Source: Octopus sinensis (Eukaryota). From it: a stretch of 12,950 bases of DNA. Every line of letters begins with the position of its first letter. Positions within the stretch are counted from its first letter, which is position 1. Positions 8,321-12,950 of this stretch are shown piece after piece. Position numbers and translations under genes: made by a program. The notes below the pieces were generated by a model that ran no database searches, was not told where the DNA came from, and saw nothing but the letters and a program-made list of their open reading frames with translations. Location: NCBI RefSeq assembly GCF_006345805.1, contig NW_021826364.1, positions 1-12,950 on the forward strand, in the 5' to 3' direction.

Positions 8321-8742
8321 CCTCCTACCGCAACTTTTATCCCAGTGCACACATAAAAAAAAAACTACGTTGTCCCCCCATCAGACTCTTTGTTTCCAGT
8401 AACCATACAGACGTTTCACGCCGTTCTCAGAGGATGTTACCACTCACTTTGATAATCACAGGTCGAAGGAGAGGTACGAACACGTGAACCGTGTATTTGA
8501 ATTACGAGTTAGTTCTTGGACCAATAATGCTTCATGCCCATTTGGTTTGAAGCAAAATATTTTACAGATGTAATTCCTATTTCATTCAATAGCATTTTGG
8601 TGAAACATCGACTGGTATCATGGGGTACGTTACCAAATTTCGTCTTGTATTATTAGTTTGTTTTTCAATTTGTTTCCATTCAAATGCATTCACTTCCAGA
8701 ATAAATATATCGCCATATATCAAATGAACGAGATTAACATGA

Positions 8743-8760
8743 TGTGTATGTGTGTGTATG

Positions 8761-8848
<88 letters not shown>

Positions 8849-9277
8849 TATATACACATATATATATATATAAGTATATGTATATATATCTTACATATTA
8901 TACATATTTATACATAATATATACACATATATGTATATATATACATATATATATAGAGATATATATATTACATATATATATACACATATATATATATATG
9001 TATATACATATATACATATATATGTATGTATATATATATATGTAATATAATATATATATGCATATACATACATATATATTTTGCGTACACACACACACAC
9101 ACCACACACACACATATATATATATATATATTATATATATATATATTAGTATATAAATATATACAAATATATAGATATATGTGGATGTATGTTTGTATGT
9201 ATGTATGCATGTATGTATGTGTATGTTTGTATGTTTGTATGTATGCAAGTGTGTATATATATATATTCATACATATG
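8743..9277. repeat. Long compound (TA)/(TACA)/(CA)/(TATG) microsatellite
   Basis: Directly visible. It is the source of many I/Y-rich spurious ORFs. Confidence 0.95.
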
Positions 9278-9537
9278 TTCATTTTTGTGGTTTAGCAACA
9301 AAGCCATTCAAATATAACACGATCAAATTTAAGAATTATTTTATTTTATTTCGTTTTCACTTCCATTTATTCTTCGTTCTTTACTCTGTCTCGCTGGATT
9401 TCGTCAAAAAGTTTGTCATCAGATATAAATTTACTCGTCTGACTGACTGGAATTTCTCTGAAGTTTCCCCAACTGAAAAATATTTCAGCCTTCTCGTATG
9501 ACAAGTGAGACTAGTATAAAAAAAAAAGAGATAAGAA

Positions 9538-9781
9538 TACACACACACACACAGACACACATACACATACACACACACACACACAAACACACACGCACAG
9601 CACACACATCACACACGTATGTGTGTATATTGTATACATACACACATATATATATATGTATGTATGAAGGCATGTTGTATGTACATATATAATATACATG
9701 TATAGTATGTATTTGTATATATGTGTGTGTATATATCACTATATACATATATATATATATATGTATATATATATATGTATA

Positions 9782-9849
<68 letters not shown>

Positions 9850-10042
9850 TCACACACAGATGTATTGATGCAGACAGATAGAGAAATAGATAGATAATTA
9901 GATCGACAAAAGATAGAGGGATATGTGCCTAACATACATGTATACATACATATATATGTGTGTGTGTTTACATATATGTTTGATTGCGTGCCTTTGCACA
10001 CGCACACACAAACACACAAACACACACATACACACACATGCA

Positions 10043-10087
<45 letters not shown>

Positions 10088-10185
10088 AACATCCCCAACA
10101 CGCACACACAGCCACGCACGCGCACAAACACGCACGCGCACAAACACGCACACATTCACACACAAACATATATATATATATATAC
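9538..10185. repeat. Long compound (CA)/(TA)/(GATA)/(CACG) microsatellite
   Basis: Directly visible. Confidence 0.95.
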
Positions 10186-10756
10186 AAGAGCAGAATAAAA
10201 AAAGGGGTTTAGTTTTTCTCTTTATTATAACATCATGGATTATATCTACACTTGTTTCACTAGCGAGTACAACTTTACTGCGCGGCAATAGTTACGTAGG
10301 CGATTGCATAATCACATCAGAACACCAGATCTTCAGAAGAAAATAGTAATTTAATTCTGCGTTATTTAACAAACACAGTTGGTCGACAGTGTTATATATA
10401 TACAGAGGGCAGTTAATATAGTAACGATTATTTGAACTAAGATTTTTACATCGTGGTTATACTGGTTTTTGCGATGAGCTATCTGGAAGATCTGCCATGT
10501 GCGTCGCTCCCGGAAATGTGTAGAAAATTGATCAGTCTGTGCCTGAGGATCGTCAGGAACAATCAACTACACTGCTGATGTTGTTCGTCTGTCGTATGGG
10601 TCCGTGCAGGTAATCTTAACATCTGAATTGAATATGTAGCGTGTCTCTGCTTTTCGATAATACTCTAACGAAAAGCACCCAGGAGTTGTTTCGAAATAAT
10701 AACGAAATAATAACTGTGCATATTCTGTATAAAATACTGGTTATATATATATAAAA

Positions 10757-10900
10757 CGAGCTGGCAGAAACGTTAGCATGCTGGGCGAAATACTTAGCAG
10801 TATTTCGGCTGTCTCTACGTTCTGAGTTCAAATTCCGCCGAGGTCGATTTTGCCTGTCATCCTTTCGGGTTCGATAAATCGAGTACCAGTTGCATACTAG
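10757..10900 (+). mobile_element. SINE family A, 3'-truncated
   Basis: CGAGCTGGCAGAAACGTTAGC...GTTCTGAGTTCAAATTCCGCCGAGGTCGATTTTGCCTGTCATCCTTTCGGGTTCGATAAATCGAGTACCAGTTGCATACT matches 705-773 and 3505-3645. Confidence 0.88.
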
Positions 10901-11051
10901 TTTATCCTGTGCATATTGTATTATTAGCATTATTCTGTGTTTGAGAATAAAATTATTTCTTTATCTGTATCTTTCACTACATTTCAACGCTTCTAAAGCA
11001 AACTTTGTTAACTTTCAACGTAAGTTGAATTTAAGATATATATATATATAT

Positions 11052-11857
11052 ATATGCCGAAAAATTGGACATGTTGTCCATTAACCATATAATTTTTTCA
11101 CAATACATGTATACATACATATGTAACATACATGCATATGTAACATATGTATTGTGAAAAGATTATATGGTTAATGGACAACATGTCCAATTTTTCGGCA
11201 TATTTGGCATTAGAATTTTTTTCCTTTGCCCTCACTTATGAATTGTTTATAAATTTAACCGTTAAAGGTATTTTTTAATATACTGGCCATTGATAAAATT
11301 TTTTTCGAGAAAATATTTTTTTTCGAAAAGAATTTTATCCTTACATTTGATATAAATTTAAGCGTTCACTTCCGAACTGACTAACTCACTCTGTGAGAGC
11401 CTCAGTTCAAATCGCACGTGCCTCGAATGGGCTGGAGTATTTCTAGTTTGGAAGTATTTGGGGTACTTAGCTGTGCCCATTACTTAGTATTTGCTTCTTT
11501 CATGGGTATGAGTAAGTATCTCATTTATTTCTTTTGCCACATGTATCACTGACGAAGAGAGGGCTCCTAGTAGCTAACTCTGAAATCGGTCCGATATGGT
11601 AATAATGGAATTTTTTAGAAATTTCTGCCGACCTTTTTTCGAGTAGCGTGCGTATTGTGAAAAGATTATATGGTTAATGGACAACATGTCCAATTTTTCG
11701 GCATATTTGGCATTAGAAATTTTTTCCTTTGCCCTCATTTATGAATTGCTTATAAATTTAACCGTTAAAGGTATTTTTTAATATGCTGGCCATTGATAAA
11801 ATTCTTTTCGAGAAAATATTTTTTTTCGAAAAGAATTTTATCCTCACATTTGATATA
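11052..11857 (+). mobile_element. Non-autonomous Penelope-like/retrozyme-like element (partial tandem, inverted end, hammerhead motif)
   Basis: Inverted repeat 11052-11108/11147-11203 (57 bp, 1 mismatch). Direct repeat 11149-11354/11652-11857 (206 bp, offset 503, 6 mismatches). Hammerhead core at 11549-11591 and (TA)n on both flanks. Confidence 0.75.
11543..11597 (+). ncRNA. Minimal type-I hammerhead ribozyme motif, probably slightly decayed
   Basis: GTATCA-CTGACGA-AGAG(AGGGCTCCTAGTAGCTAA)CTCT-GAAA-TCGG-TC/CGATAT. Both core boxes are present, stem II is AGAG/CTCT, stem I is GTATC/GATAT with an A.C mismatch at the first pair, and the putative cleavage is after GTC at 11591. Confidence 0.65.
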
Positions 11858-11887
11858 TATATACATGTGTGTGTGTGTGCGCGTGTA

Positions 11888-12027
11888 GCTGGAATTTACA
11901 AAAAAAAACATCCCACAAAAGACGAAGACAGGTGTGCATACAACAAACAGGTGTATTAGTTTGACATTCGGGAAGGTGACAAAGTCATTTACGTTTCGAG
12001 CCTACGCTCTTAAACAGAGAGGAACAC
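11888..12027 (-). mobile_element. Fragment of a second putative Penelope-related repeat with a decayed hammerhead-like motif
   Basis: Minus strand 12017-11990 reads CTGTTTA-A-GAGC-GTAG-GCTC-GAAA-CG-TA. Fragment boundaries are taken from the flanking microsatellite and the SINE head. Confidence 0.5.
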
Positions 12028-12028
12028 G

Positions 12029-12239
12029 GTGGGTGTGTGGTAAGTATAGGCGTAGGAGTGGTTGTGTGGTAGGTTATAGGCGTAGGAGTGGCTTTGTGGT
12101 AATTAGCTTGCTTACGAACAACATGGTTCCGGGTTCAGCCCCACTGCGTGGCACCTTGAGCAAGTGTCTTCTACTGTAAGTCGAGCCGACCAAAGCCTTT
12201 TGAGTGGATTTGTTAAACGGAAATTGAAAGAAGCCCGTC

Positions 12240-12302
<63 letters not shown>

Positions 12303-12529
12303 GTATGTATGTATGTGTGTGTATATGTTTGTCCCCCCAACATCGCTTGACACCGATGCTGTTGTGTTTACGTCCCTGTATCTTAGCGGTTCGGCAAAAG
12401 AGACCGATAGAATAAGTACTAGGCTTACAAAGAGTAAGTCCTGGTGTCGATTTGCTCGACTAAAGGCGGTACTCCAGCATGGCCACAGTCAAATGACTAA
12501 AACAAGTAAAAGAGTAAAAGAGAGAGAGA
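12029..12529 (+). mobile_element. SINE family B, full length, with a triplicated 5' end and internal microsatellite
   Basis: Head GGCGTAGGAGTGGCTTTGTGGTAA, B-box-like GGTTCAGCCC, CCTTGAGCAAGTG, internal (TA)n(TATG)n at 12241-12327, and tail AAGTAAAAGAGTAAAAGAG. Five other partial copies occur in the window. Confidence 0.92.
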
Positions 12530-12950
12530 ATAAAAAAAGCTTTAGTGGCTAAGCGGTCGATAATGTCGATGGCTGAACAGAGGTGATCAGACAGATCCAT
12601 TTAAAAGAAGAAAAGAAAATGGAGATTAGGAAGCTAATAATTGTTTATATTTAACAACAAATTGGTCATCTTCATTTACAGCTGTTTCAATTAATACGCA
12701 ATAAGTTAATTACAAACTTGCACATTAAATTTACATTTATATGACATGAGTATAATTTCATCAGAGGGAAAAAAGATGTACCTTTGAACGTTATATGCGG
12801 GCTTATCAATTTATTTCAGCAGACTACATATTACAGTTTATGGTTTGTATTGTTATATGCTCGGGCGAGGGGTTTAACTGGTTGATTAGAGATAAAGCAG
12901 AATAGGTTAATAAAATTCGAACAATAAATAAAGTCATTAGACATGATAGA

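Noticed and set aside
9423-9495. Possible 73-bp exon (CATCAG/...CTC/GTATGA; YKFTRLTDWNFSEVSPTEKYFSLL)
   Set aside because: The splice signals are mediocre, the peptide is unrecognised and there is no partner exon. It is unsupported without RNA data.
8658-10288. Many overlapping ORFs rich in I/Y/H/T/V/C
   Set aside because: They are translations of (TA)/(CA)/(TG) microsatellites, which lack stop codons.
11149-11651. GIY-YIG coding remnant in the 503-bp unit
   Set aside because: The frames I read are short and stop-rich, and the resemblance (KE..KFK..L.N) is too weak.
12029-12105. CRISPR-like array
   Set aside because: The repeats are contiguous without unique spacers, are SINE-derived and lie in a eukaryotic context with no cas genes.

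Overview
AT-rich, repeat-dense eukaryotic (animal) non-coding DNA. The SINE families and very long (TA)/(CA)/(TAA) microsatellites resemble Octopus/coleoid cephalopod genomes; this is an inference from recognition, not a database result. I see no host protein-coding gene. Most ORFs in the track are microsatellite or SINE read-through. The window holds about 13 copies or fragments of at least four tRNA-derived SINE families, including a full-length CORE-type SINE with a perfect 10-bp TSD. It also holds two LINE 3' fragments: an R4/Dong-like fragment with CCHC and restriction-like endonuclease motifs on the minus strand, and a CR1/L2-group C-terminus on the plus strand. A non-coding ~555-bp element and a 198-bp partial copy of it are stacked with the R4/Dong fragment inside (TAA)n tracts. 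The most interesting signals are three ORF-less structures. The first (11052-11857) has a 503-bp partial tandem, a 57-bp inverted end and a minimal type-I hammerhead-ribozyme motif, resembling Penelope-like elements or retrozymes. The second is a decayed hammerhead-like motif on the opposite strand (~11990-12017). The third is a 155-bp near-perfect palindrome (6806-6960) with the same short-inverted-arm layout.
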